NCBI GenBank assembly: GCA_965197375.1
Contig: CBDAMZ010000008.1
Location: forward strand, 229,398 to 293,397
Reading direction: 5' to 3'
Source: Vicinamibacterales bacterium
GTDB lineage: Bacteria > Acidobacteriota > Vicinamibacteria > Vicinamibacterales > UBA8438
DNA length: 64,000 nt
A program made the position numbers and the translations under genes. Each line of letters opens with the position of its first letter. The stretch's first letter is position 1. Shown here one piece after another: positions 1-9,063 of this stretch. The notes below the pieces were generated by a model. The model saw nothing but the letters and a program-made list of their open reading frames with translations. It ran no database searches and had not been told where the DNA came from.

Positions 1-2
1 TG

Positions 3-299
3 GCGAGCGCCAAATTTCAACTCGCGCGGCTACGGTACCGCGCTATCGCCGAAGACAGCTCAGACGCTGAGGCGCAGAAGGTCGCGATCATCCAAGAGGT
101 AATTGAGGACGTTAATGCTGACTACGAGCGGGCCCTCAGGAGCGACCTGACCGACCGCTTCGACCATAAGTGGAACTACGATCTCACGAGCGACGCCGAA
201 GCGGTCCGTCGGGCCTTGGAGACGCCCCGTGTGGCCGAATCCCCTGAACTGGAGCAAATGCGCGGCGAGGGCACCCCGGTCCGTCGCCGGCGCGGCTAG
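3..299 (+). CDS. 3' end of a helical/TPR-like protein, MxaK/BatC-like (partial, runs off window start)
   Basis: Hand-translated open frame ASAKFQLARLRY...ADYERALRSDLTDRFDHKWNYDL...RRRRG*, stop TAG 297-299. YxRALxxD...KxNxxL resembles the MxaK/BatC C-terminal motif, and the gene lies directly upstream of a vWA gene. Confidence 0.5.
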   Translation, partial: ASAKFQLARLRYRAIAEDSSDAEAQKVAIIQEVIEDVNADYERALRSDLTDRFDHKWNYDLTSDAEAVRRALETPRVAESPELEQMRGEGTPVRRRRG

Positions 300-341
300 T
301 GTGATGTAGGGCAGGGCGTTAGCCTTGTCATCCGCAGGCTG

Positions 342-1430
342 ATGGGAAACATCTGGGCCGCCCTGATTAACAGCGTCGAATTTCAGAACCCTGAGTTTCT
401 GGCAGTGGTGCCGATTGCGGCACTGCTGCTGATTTTCGGTCTCGCTGCCTCCCTGGTTAGTCTCAAGCTCAGGGCTGCGAAGACGCACGGTTCGTCCTAC
501 CCCGTATTAGGCCACGTCAAGTTTTGGTTCTTTGTGATCGGTGCGCTTGCCGTCTTGGCGGTGGCTGCGGCGCGGCCGTTTTTAGCCTACGGGGGGGCGA
601 ATTTTAAACGGGGCGACGTTGACGTGGTAGTTGTCGTCGACGGTTCCGCATCGATGTGGGTCAAGGATCTAGGTTCCTCCCGCCTAGAGATTGCCGTTCG
701 CGAAGCACTCAACCTCTATACGCAAGAGATTCTGACGCCTGGCGATCGCGTCGCGCTGTTTGTCTTCGGGGCGACCACTGTACGAAGGGTGCATCTTTCG
801 CCGATCGCCGAACACTTTGTTAAGCAGGTCGGAGAGGTTGGCCCACCGGAGGCGCTGTCTGGGGACGCATTCCCGTGGGACAGTGCCATCTCAACCGCCT
901 TCGAGCATGTCTACCAATCTCTGGACAGTCAGGATCGGTTCGAAGCTGGCGATGATGATTGGCGGCCAGAGGCACGATCGGACCGGCTGGTTCTACTGTT
1001 CACGGATGGTGACTTTATCGAAGATGCCGAACAGACCGCGAGACTGGACCGGGCATTGATCGAGTTTCAGCGCCGTGGCGTGAAGGTCTACCCGATTGGT
1101 ATCGCGTCGAGGAGAAAGGTAGACCTCAACGTCATCCTTCAGGACTACGTTAGAGGCGACGACTATGACGCCTCACTCGAGGCCGATCTCGAAGGCTTAA
1201 GCACCCGTCTCAACACTGAAGACTTCGGCATGCTCGAGCAACGCACCGGCGGCCGCTCGTTCATCATCGACAGCGCTGGTGTATCGTCGAGCGCCTTCCT
1301 CCGCAATGTCATCGACTCCCACCGAAGCATTGCCTTCCAGTTGATTCCTGCTGAAGACAAGCAAGAAGTGTGGCAGTGGGTCCTCACCATCGCTGTCGTC
1401 ATCTTTGTCGTGGCGACGTTGTTCTACTAG
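342..1430 (+). CDS. Membrane-anchored vWA domain protein (BatA/BatB/MxaL-like)
   Basis: N-terminal F.NP..L plus two TM helices and AAARP, MIDAS DGSAS, later LFTDG, C-terminal TM helix. Confidence 0.85.
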   Translation: MGNIWAALINSVEFQNPEFLAVVPIAALLLIFGLAASLVSLKLRAAKTHGSSYPVLGHVKFWFFVIGALAVLAVAAARPFLAYGGANFKRGDVDVVVVVDGSASMWVKDLGSSRLEIAVREALNLYTQEILTPGDRVALFVFGATTVRRVHLSPIAEHFVKQVGEVGPPEALSGDAFPWDSAISTAFEHVYQSLDSQDRFEAGDDDWRPEARSDRLVLLFTDGDFIEDAEQTARLDRALIEFQRRGVKVYPIGIASRRKVDLNVILQDYVRGDDYDASLEADLEGLSTRLNTEDFGMLEQRTGGRSFIIDSAGVSSSAFLRNVIDSHRSIAFQLIPAEDKQEVWQWVLTIAVVIFVVATLFY

Positions 1431-1483
1431 TTGAGGGCTGCTTTTAAACTGGGATAGTCCTTGTAACGCATGGTCTGGGGGGC

Positions 1484-2380
1484 TTACGCTTGCATCGGCC
1501 CATCTGGGACGCCGGCGCCTTTTCTGACAAAGCGCGCCAGATTCGACATGTCCTCGTCACCGAAACCTTGGGCAATGAGGGAATCCTCGATGGTGGCCAC
1601 GAGGCTTGCCACCGGAACCGGGACCCTAAACTCGCGAGCCGTCTCGAGCGCGATACCCAAATCCTTACGGTGTAGCCGCAGCCGGAACCCGAGCGGATAG
1701 TCGTCCTTCAACATCCTCTGCGACCGGTTCTTCAAGATCCATGATCCGGCCAGGCCTTCGCCAATCGCCTCGACGACCCGTTCGGGGTCGGCTCCGGCTC
1801 TGTAGGCTAACGTGAGCGCCTCGGCCAGTGCCATGTATGTGCCGGTGATGGCGACCTGGTTCGCCACCTTGGCGATCTGTCCACAGCCAACCGGTCCGAT
1901 CCACGTAACCTTCGAGCCGACGATCTTAAGTACCGGTTCCGCCCGCGCGAAATCTTCTTTGGCCCCGCCGCACATAATGGTCAGCGTTCCTTTGATGGCC
2001 CCTTCCGAGCCACCAGAGACTGGTGCGTCGACGAAGCCGATGTTCTTTTTATGGAACTGTTTCGCAATCTGCCGTGTTGCCTCCGGAGCGATAGACGAGC
2101 AGTCAATGACGAGCCCGCTTTCCTTGAGTCCGTTGATCGCCCCGGTCTTCGGATCGAGCAGGATGCTTTTCACATCTTGGGTGTCGGACACGCAAGTTAA
2201 CAGGATGTCTACCTCTCGTGCCGCGGCTACTGGACTCTCCGCACGTTTTGCGCCGAGCTCGGCAAGCGCTTCTTCTTTGCTCCGCGTCCGGTTGTGGACG
2301 ATTACCTCGCAGCTAGCCTTGATCAGGTTGGCCGCCATTGGTTCGCCCATTGTTCCCAACCCAAGTACCGCAATTTTCAT
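1484..2380 (-). CDS. NAD(P)-dependent beta-hydroxyacid dehydrogenase (3-hydroxyisobutyrate dehydrogenase / tartronate semialdehyde reductase family)
   Basis: GLGTMG Rossmann motif, DAPVSGG, catalytic K in AKVANQ, F.L.L.RKDL. Confidence 0.92.
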   Translation of the reverse strand: MKIAVLGLGTMGEPMAANLIKASCEVIVHNRTRSKEEALAELGAKRAESPVAAAREVDILLTCVSDTQDVKSILLDPKTGAINGLKESGLVIDCSSIAPEATRQIAKQFHKKNIGFVDAPVSGGSEGAIKGTLTIMCGGAKEDFARAEPVLKIVGSKVTWIGPVGCGQIAKVANQVAITGTYMALAEALTLAYRAGADPERVVEAIGEGLAGSWILKNRSQRMLKDDYPLGFRLRLHRKDLGIALETAREFRVPVPVASLVATIEDSLIAQGFGDEDMSNLARFVRKGAGVPDGPMQA

Positions 2381-2943
2381 AAGGCTCCGCCTCCTTCCGA
2401 TCGTGACCTATCCGGGTTAAACGCACGTGTGCACGATCCCGCGCCCAGACTGTGGGTGGTTCGTGACGCGCGCGAGGAGCTTCTTCCGGTAACGCGGCAC
2501 GTTGTACGGACTGCCTCGACCTCGCCGAGCACGGCGGATTGCAGCAGCTGCCTCCAAGCCTCCAGCGTGGGTATCGCAAACATCTCGTAAAATTTCTGCT
2601 CGATGCCTTCGTGCCTATGTGGTGTGAAGAACCGGAGGATATCATGAGCTGCGATACATGCATCGCCTTCGGTTGCTACGGCGTTAACTCGAACTCGCCC
2701 GTACCCAACGGAGTTCGGCTCAGCCAGACCGATTCGCTCCCGAGACAGCTCGTCTGGATCGAGCGCGGCGATAGCCCGCCAGCGACTTACATCGCGGGGG
2801 TGCATGAGTTGCCGTTCATTGAGAGTCCGAACGTCAACCTGGCTAACGTGGTAGTTTGTTCGGCTTTTTCTTGGAGCGTGAGCTCGTCCGGCCTCTTTGT
2901 ATCCATGGTCTCTCGACAAGGTGAACGCCTTGCCATCCGACAC
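2377..2943 (-). CDS. Hypothetical ORF or decayed gene remnant
   Basis: Stop overlaps the next start (ATGA at 2377-2380). The segment IAAHDILRFF...PTLEAWRQLLQSA weakly resembles a methyltransferase C-terminus; the rest is not protein-like. Confidence 0.25.
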   Translation of the reverse strand: MSDGKAFTLSRDHGYKEAGRAHAPRKSRTNYHVSQVDVRTLNERQLMHPRDVSRWRAIAALDPDELSRERIGLAEPNSVGYGRVRVNAVATEGDACIAAHDILRFFTPHRHEGIEQKFYEMFAIPTLEAWRQLLQSAVLGEVEAVRTTCRVTGRSSSRASRTTHSLGAGSCTRAFNPDRSRSEGGGAL

Positions 2944-3339
2944 CCACAGACTCTCCCCATGGACGTGTTATCCTTCGGCTCCACACGGGATGCATAGCGG
3001 TTGCAGCGATGGTCGCACTGCGTTAGTGTCATCTCCAGAGATGGTCGAAGTCCCTTCCGGCGAAGTCACATTCGTCGATGTCCCAGAGAGAACGAAATTC
3101 TCGCGTCTGAAGTCCGGGGGGAGGGTGAGTATGAAATGCGCGGGGTCAGTCAAATTTGATTCGACGCGCCGGTGAAACCCTGTCTGGCACTCAGCCCCCT
3201 CTCGTTGTTCGGTAGCCACAAGTGGTCTGGCCTCTGGCGAGAGAACGGTCAGGGGGTTCTGTAAGACTATTTCTAGATGAGGAGCGTCTGGAGCGCGACT
3301 ATGCGGGAAGTCTCGAATCCTTTCGTGATGCGATAGCCA

Positions 3340-4059
3340 GTGGAGGTCTACCTGGTTCCTATCGGGGCCACCCGGTACGAGCTGTACTGCGAACCGGCCG
3401 ACGCGGATGATCTCGCCAGCGACGATCATGCGGGCTTGGGCGTCGTGTACGCGCGATTTCGTGAGATGGTCGCCGAGACGCAAGAGGATCGCCGCGCACG
3501 CCGGTTGGCAGCCGTTCCGGCCGACCCGAGCGCCCGACAGCCGTTGATTGCTCGTCTTCGAAACCTCATCGTTTCCTGGGTGGCCGAAGCAATCGCCGAG
3601 CAGCGTCTCTTGTGGCATCTCAGAACGCAGCGTGACGCGGAACTGGTCTACCCGGACGACGTTGACAGTTCATGCGCGCTCGCGATCGCTCGCGGCGGGC
3701 TGCAGCGGGATGCCGACCGACATGGCCGGTGGTTAATCATCGACGGTGTGCTGGCGGCCATGCTCGGACCACTTCTGTTCTTTGTGCCAGGCCCAAATCT
3801 CGTTGCCTACTACTTCACCTTCCGCGCGGTTGGGCACCTACTCTCGTGGCGGGGTGCCCGCCGCGGTCTGGGGGGAGTCAGCTGGAACACTCGGAGTAGT
3901 AGGTCCCTGTCGGAATTACGCGGGCTTCTGTCTCTCAAGCCAAGGGCTCGCGCGCGCCACGTGCGAGACATCGAAGCACAACTTCAGCTCGAGCACTTCG
4001 CGGCGTTCGTCGAGCGTATGGTTGTCGGCGTCAGGGTGCGGCCGAAACGGAAGGTCTAA
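3340..4059 (+). CDS. Membrane protein resembling the mitochondrial K+/H+ exchange-related (Mit_KHE1) family
   Basis: Hydrophobic hairpin followed by VPGPNLVAYYFTFRAVGHLLSWRGA, similar to the P.PN....Y...R...H..A..G signature. Confidence 0.55.
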   Translation: MEVYLVPIGATRYELYCEPADADDLASDDHAGLGVVYARFREMVAETQEDRRARRLAAVPADPSARQPLIARLRNLIVSWVAEAIAEQRLLWHLRTQRDAELVYPDDVDSSCALAIARGGLQRDADRHGRWLIIDGVLAAMLGPLLFFVPGPNLVAYYFTFRAVGHLLSWRGARRGLGGVSWNTRSSRSLSELRGLLSLKPRARARHVRDIEAQLQLEHFAAFVERMVVGVRVRPKRKV

Positions 4060-4077
4060 CGAGCACAGGGTGCTAGC

Positions 4078-4898
4078 ATGAACCAGCTATTGAGACCTTC
4101 TCGCTACTTTGTCTGGCTGTTCCTCGTTGTCTGGTGGTCGCATCCGGCCCTTGCCCAGACCAATATGGGGGCCTTCGTCCGGCCAGCACCTCCTCTCGCA
4201 AGCTGGGGTTCCTCACAAGCTATCGATTCCACATGAACGCAGTCCATATCGTCGCCAATGGCGATGACCGCTTCGTCTGGGACACTGATATTGGTGACGA
4301 CATCGATGTCTTTGACATCGATGTCCTGCGCGGAAACATCTTCGTCAACCTTGAAGCGGTCGTGGGTGGCGAGTTTCGTTCGGTCGATCCCAACCAGAAC
4401 AACTACATCATCGACCTTTCGGTCTTCGTCCGTCTCCCCAGGGGTGAGCTTGGCACGACATTTCACCATGTCTCACGTCATCTCAGTGACCGAGTCAATC
4501 TGAAGGCCGTTTCATGGAACATGCTCGGCGTGGCCTACGGGGATGTAATCTCTGTTAGCGGATTCGACATTGATGTCGGCGGGCGTGCATTGGCAAAGCT
4601 CTAGCGGTCCCAGGTTGACTACCTCGGTGAGTTTGCCGCTCACGTGAGGCTGCACCGTCCAGTCAACGATCTGGTGTCGATCATTGGCCTCATCGATGGC
4701 ACGGCGGTTCGCGTTGACCCAGAGGTATTCGGTCGGGGTGCGCAGTACGGAGGTCGCGTCGAAGGTGGCGTTCGGATCAGGGGTGGCGTTGGCGCTGTGG
4801 AGCTCTTCATTGGACGGGAGCATCGCATCGACGCGGATCCCTTTGGTCGGCGGCTCATCCCGTTGACCCAGCTGGGGTTTCGTTTTGTCGTTGACTGA
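4078..4898 (+). pseudogene. Disrupted exported beta-barrel-like protein
   Basis: Signal peptide MNQLLRPSRYFVWLFLVVWWSHPALA-Q from ATG 4078, frameshift near 4160-4200, in-frame TAG at 4602-4604. The frame then continues to ...QLGFRFVVD* with alternating amphipathic strands. Confidence 0.65.
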
Positions 4899-4942
4899 CG
4901 GGAACAGGGCACCTGCGACCACGGCCTGTGACGGGACTGTGA

Positions 4943-4948
4943 CATAAT
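4943..4948 (+). promoter_or_regulatory. Extended -10 element (TGaCATAAT) 6 nt before ATG; probable leaderless transcript
   Basis: CATAAT at 4943-4948, ATG at 4955, no SD in between. Confidence 0.4.
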
Positions 4949-4954
4949 CGATCC

Positions 4955-6352
4955 ATGTCTTCTGAGCGACCTCGGTCGCTGCCTCGCTTGGCCGTGACGG
5001 TTGCCCTTGGGCTCGCGGTGCTCAGTTCTGTGGCGGTCAACACCGCGGTCCGCCAGCCAAAGCTTGACTATCACATTACGAAACTCGACAACGGACTGAC
5101 TGTGATCCTATCTGCAGATCACTCCACGCCGATCGTCCACCTGCAACTCTGGTATCGCGTTGGATCGAAAAACGAGCCGCCCGGTCGTACCGGATTTGCG
5201 CATCTGTTCGAGCACTTGATGTTTAAGGGGTCGCACAATGTGCGATCAGAGCATCTAACGATGGTGTCCCGCGTTGGCGGCGATGGCAACGCCTACACGA
5301 CGGAAGACGCGACCGTCTTCTTCGAGACGGTGCCAGCCCAATATTTACCGCTCATTCTGTGGCTCGAGGCCGACCGCATGGCGACACTCCGCATCGACCA
5401 GTCGACCCTCGATTCCGAGCGAGAGGTGGTCAAGGAGGAACGGCGCTGGCGCTATGAGAACGAACCGTTCGGACTGCTCTCGGAGATCATTTACGACAAT
5501 GCCTTTACCACTCACCCGTACAAGCACACGGCGATCGGTTCGATGGAGGACCTCGAGGAGGCGTCAATCGAAGACGTGCGGGAGTTTTTCGACACCTACT
5601 ATGTGCCGGATAATGCGACCTTGGTAATCGTCGGCGATTTTGACATGCCGAATGCGCTGCAGATGATCGAGCACTACCTCGGCCGTGTTCCTAAGGCGAA
5701 ACGTCCGGTGCCTCGCGATATTCCGCGGGAGCCGCCGCCAAGTGGCGAGCGTCGCCTGACCATCGAGGCGGCTAATTGGCCACTGCCGGCGGTTGTGGTC
5801 GCCCACCACATCACCTACGATGGCCACCCAGACGCCTACCCGTTGCACATCCTGGCGAAGATCCTCTCTGATGGCCAGAGCTCCAGGATTTATCGCCGGC
5901 TGGTTTACGAAGACCAGCTCGCGGTTTCGGCATTCGGTCAGGGCAATATCATCGAGGATCCGAACCTGTTTTACGCCGTGGCCATCGTACAGCCGGGTCA
6001 CACGCCGGCGGAGGTTGGCGCCGCGTTGATCGAAGAACTTGAGCGGGTCAAAGCGGAACCACCCGGCGATGACGAGCTGCAGCGCGCCAAGAACCAGTTC
6101 ACGCGTGACTACATCATCGGTCGTATGTCGAACAACCAAAAGGCTTCCCACCTGGCACACGCAGCTGTCATTCATGACGACATCACGACGGTCGACGGCG
6201 AATTCGATATCTTCATGAACGTTACAAAGAATGATGTGCAGCAGGTGGCGCGTACATACTTCCGTGACGACAACCGGCTCGTGCTCACCATCCTGCCACG
6301 TGGGTCTGATGGGGTCACGTCTGGTGGCGCCTCACGCAGAGGATCACGATGA
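4955..6352 (+). CDS. M16 (pitrilysin-family) zinc peptidase, catalytic subunit, exported
   Basis: TGFAHLFEHLMFKGS (HxxEH), NAYT, EREVVKEE, YYVPDNA. Confidence 0.95.
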   Translation: MSSERPRSLPRLAVTVALGLAVLSSVAVNTAVRQPKLDYHITKLDNGLTVILSADHSTPIVHLQLWYRVGSKNEPPGRTGFAHLFEHLMFKGSHNVRSEHLTMVSRVGGDGNAYTTEDATVFFETVPAQYLPLILWLEADRMATLRIDQSTLDSEREVVKEERRWRYENEPFGLLSEIIYDNAFTTHPYKHTAIGSMEDLEEASIEDVREFFDTYYVPDNATLVIVGDFDMPNALQMIEHYLGRVPKAKRPVPRDIPREPPPSGERRLTIEAANWPLPAVVVAHHITYDGHPDAYPLHILAKILSDGQSSRIYRRLVYEDQLAVSAFGQGNIIEDPNLFYAVAIVQPGHTPAEVGAALIEELERVKAEPPGDDELQRAKNQFTRDYIIGRMSNNQKASHLAHAAVIHDDITTVDGEFDIFMNVTKNDVQQVARTYFRDDNRLVLTILPRGSDGVTSGGASRRGSR

Positions 6353-7833
6353 CCGCGCGCGCATCTCGTGGGCTGCTCAGCATCGTTACCCTGTGGCTGG
6401 TGGCCGCGCCGGTCACGGCGCAACGCGTCGACTGGCCAACCGAGGACCCGCCACCGCCGCTCCTGGCACGCGATGTCCGATTTCCCGAGTACGAGCTGCG
6501 CACCCTCGACAATGGCCTGCAGGTCGTCTTCGTCGGTCATCACGAACAGCCGGCAGTTAACGTCCGGCTGCTGGTCCGAGCGGGAGCATCGAGCGATCCC
6601 CCAGGCCAGCCCGGCGTCGCGGCGCTTACCGGACAGCTACTCGATCAGGGTACGGCAAGCCAAAGCGCGCAAGAGATCGCCCAGGCGATTGACAACGTCG
6701 GGGGGTTAGCGGTCGGGGCTGGCAGCGACCTCAGCTTTATCAATGTCCTTGTCATGAAGGACAGCTTCGCTCTCGCGCTCGAGATGCTGTCAGAGATCGC
6801 GCGTCGCCCGGCGTTCGCCCCTGTTGAGATCGAGCGCCAGCGCCAGCAGGTGCTCTCGGGATTACAGGTTAGCTATGACGATCCGGCGTATGTCGCCGGG
6901 GTCGTTTTTAATCGCCTCGTCTACGGGTTTCAACCGTACGGGATGCCGCACAGCGGCACGCCGGAGTCGGTGCAGACAATCACGCGCGACGACCTCATCA
7001 CGTTCCACAGGGCGCAATATGCACCGAACAACGCCATCCTCGCCGTCGTGGGCGACGTGAGTGCTGACGAGGCCTTCGCTGGTGTAGAGCGAGTATTGGG
7101 CAACTGGGAACCCCGCCAGCTCGAGCCGCTCACCGCCATTGGGCTACCGCCGCCGACACGGCGACTGGTCGTGATCGACAAGCCCGGTGCAGTCCAGACC
7201 GCCATACGCGTCGGACATCTCGCTTTGAGCCGGGCAGATCCCGACTACTTGGCGTTCGACGTTGCCATCAAGATCCTCGGGGGAGAGGGTGGGAACCGGC
7301 TTGGTAGTGTTCTCCGCAGCGCGCGGTCGCTTACCTACGCGGCGTCGGCTGACGTATCCAGCCGGCAGCGTGCAGGCGACTTCATGGCGAAGACAGATAC
7401 CCGGTCGATCGCGACGGCTGAGGTCCTCCGTCTGACTGTCGATGAGATCACCCGCCTGCAACGAGAGCGGGTGGATCGGCGCGAGCTCGAGCGCGCGCAG
7501 GCCTACTTAGCCGGCAATTTCCCGTTGACAATCGAGACGCCAAACGCGATCGCCTCGCAGGTGCTCGAGGCGATTCTCTACGGTCTCGACTTGGGCGACC
7601 TGGAGACCTACCGGGAACGGATCAACGCGGTCACTGTTGACGACATTCAGCGAGTAGCACGCACCTATTTGAAGCCGGACAACCTTGCGATCGTACTAGT
7701 GGGCGACGCCTCGACCTTCGTCGACGACCTCGCAGGGATCGGGTTTAATCGGTACGAACGCACGCCCATCTCAGAGCTCGATCTGTCGACGGCTGATTTC
7801 CGAACGCCTGCTGCCGCTGGCGTCGCGCCGTAG
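6349..7833 (+). CDS. M16 peptidase-like subunit lacking the zinc motif
   Basis: LDNGL, PGVAALTGQLLDQGT in place of HxxEH, YAPNNA; ATGA overlap with the upstream M16 gene. Confidence 0.92.
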   Translation: MTARASRGLLSIVTLWLVAAPVTAQRVDWPTEDPPPPLLARDVRFPEYELRTLDNGLQVVFVGHHEQPAVNVRLLVRAGASSDPPGQPGVAALTGQLLDQGTASQSAQEIAQAIDNVGGLAVGAGSDLSFINVLVMKDSFALALEMLSEIARRPAFAPVEIERQRQQVLSGLQVSYDDPAYVAGVVFNRLVYGFQPYGMPHSGTPESVQTITRDDLITFHRAQYAPNNAILAVVGDVSADEAFAGVERVLGNWEPRQLEPLTAIGLPPPTRRLVVIDKPGAVQTAIRVGHLALSRADPDYLAFDVAIKILGGEGGNRLGSVLRSARSLTYAASADVSSRQRAGDFMAKTDTRSIATAEVLRLTVDEITRLQRERVDRRELERAQAYLAGNFPLTIETPNAIASQVLEAILYGLDLGDLETYRERINAVTVDDIQRVARTYLKPDNLAIVLVGDASTFVDDLAGIGFNRYERTPISELDLSTADFRTPAAAGVAP

Positions 7834-7851
7834 CGACCACTAGACGCCTCC

Positions 7852-9060
7852 TTGTCCAAGGTCCTGATCTCGTGTGGCGAGCCGTCCGGCGACCTCTACG
7901 CCGGCGCACTTACCGATAAGATCCGCGAACTTGACCCGGACGCACGTGTGTTCGGTTTGGGCGGTGACTGCCTGCGCGCAAGCGGGGCCGGCCTCGTTTC
8001 GGAATACAGCGGGCTGACCGTCACCGGTTTATCCGAAGCGCTTGCCGTGTTACCCCACGCGTACGTTACCTACCGTCGGCTCGTCAGGTGGGCCAAAGTC
8101 GAGCGTCCGGACGTGTTCGTCGCTGTCGATTTCCCGGACTTCAACTTCAGACTCGCCTGGGCAATCAGGCGGCTCGGGATTCCAGTCGTGTACTACATCG
8201 GGCCGCAGGTGTGGGCGTGGCGTCGCGGCCGGCTCCGTGCGCTCAGGCGACTTATAGACTGTGTACTGGTCATCTTTCCCTTTGAGGAGAGTCTCTATCG
8301 TGACGCAGGGATCCCAGTGGAGTTCGTGGGGCACCCGCTTGTCGAGCTCGCGTCGCCGTCGGAAAGTCGCTGTGACTTCTTGCGCGCGCGTGGACTCGAT
8401 CCTGACGTTCAGACGGTCGCCCTGTTGCCAGGGAGTCGCCCGAACGAGCTTCGTGCGATCTTGCCAAAACTGGTACGAGCGGCCAGTGAGGTTGTCCGCC
8501 ACGTTCCAGACACGCAATTTCTCGTCGCCCGTGCGCCCAATCTTGATGATGCGCTGCTGGCGCCGCTGGGCGAGCTATCGGACGCCACTTTGCCGCCTGT
8601 GGTCGTGGAGGGTCAGACCGACGACGTCCTAGCGGCCTCAGATGTTGTGGTGACTGCGTCTGGGACCGCAACCGTGCAGGCAGCGATTCACCAGCGGCCG
8701 ATGGTGATCGTGTACCGCTTGTCGCCGCTGACCTACCGGTTCGTGAAGGCATTTGCTCAGGTGGACACTGTGGGCATGGTGAATCTGATCGCGGGTACCT
8801 CGGTCGTGCCAGAGCTAATCCAGGAGGCCTTCACGCCTAAGGCGGTCGCGGCCGAGGTAGTGAGCTTTCTCACCAACCCTGAACGCGCCGAGCGCACACG
8901 GGTGGCACTCGGCCAGGTGCGCGATCAGCTCGGGGGGGCAGGCGCGAGTCAACGAGCGGCCGAACTGGTGCTGGCCGTGGCGGGACAGCGCGGCCGCCCG
9001 ATCCCTGAACGTTCTGGAGACGGTGTGCCAAGAGGCGCTCGTCACGCCGCTGGAGGATGA
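7852..9060 (+). CDS. lpxB: Lipid-A-disaccharide synthase
   Basis: GEPSGD, DFPDFN, PQVWAWR, VGHPL, LLPGSR, SGTAT. Confidence 0.97.
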   Translation: MSKVLISCGEPSGDLYAGALTDKIRELDPDARVFGLGGDCLRASGAGLVSEYSGLTVTGLSEALAVLPHAYVTYRRLVRWAKVERPDVFVAVDFPDFNFRLAWAIRRLGIPVVYYIGPQVWAWRRGRLRALRRLIDCVLVIFPFEESLYRDAGIPVEFVGHPLVELASPSESRCDFLRARGLDPDVQTVALLPGSRPNELRAILPKLVRAASEVVRHVPDTQFLVARAPNLDDALLAPLGELSDATLPPVVVEGQTDDVLAASDVVVTASGTATVQAAIHQRPMVIVYRLSPLTYRFVKAFAQVDTVGMVNLIAGTSVVPELIQEAFTPKAVAAEVVSFLTNPERAERTRVALGQVRDQLGGAGASQRAAELVLAVAGQRGRPIPERSGDGVPRGARHAAGG

Positions 9061-9063
9061 CGC

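Noticed and set aside
2400-3340. Several overlapping ORFs on both strands and an IS-end-like word GGGGTTCTGTAAGACTATTTC near 3253
   Set aside because: No family motif is convincing and no matching second end or transposase was found.
4602-4604. In-frame TAG as possible pyrrolysine or readthrough codon
   Set aside because: The same gene also has a frameshift, other genes end in TAG normally, and no pyl genes are seen; pseudogene is simpler.
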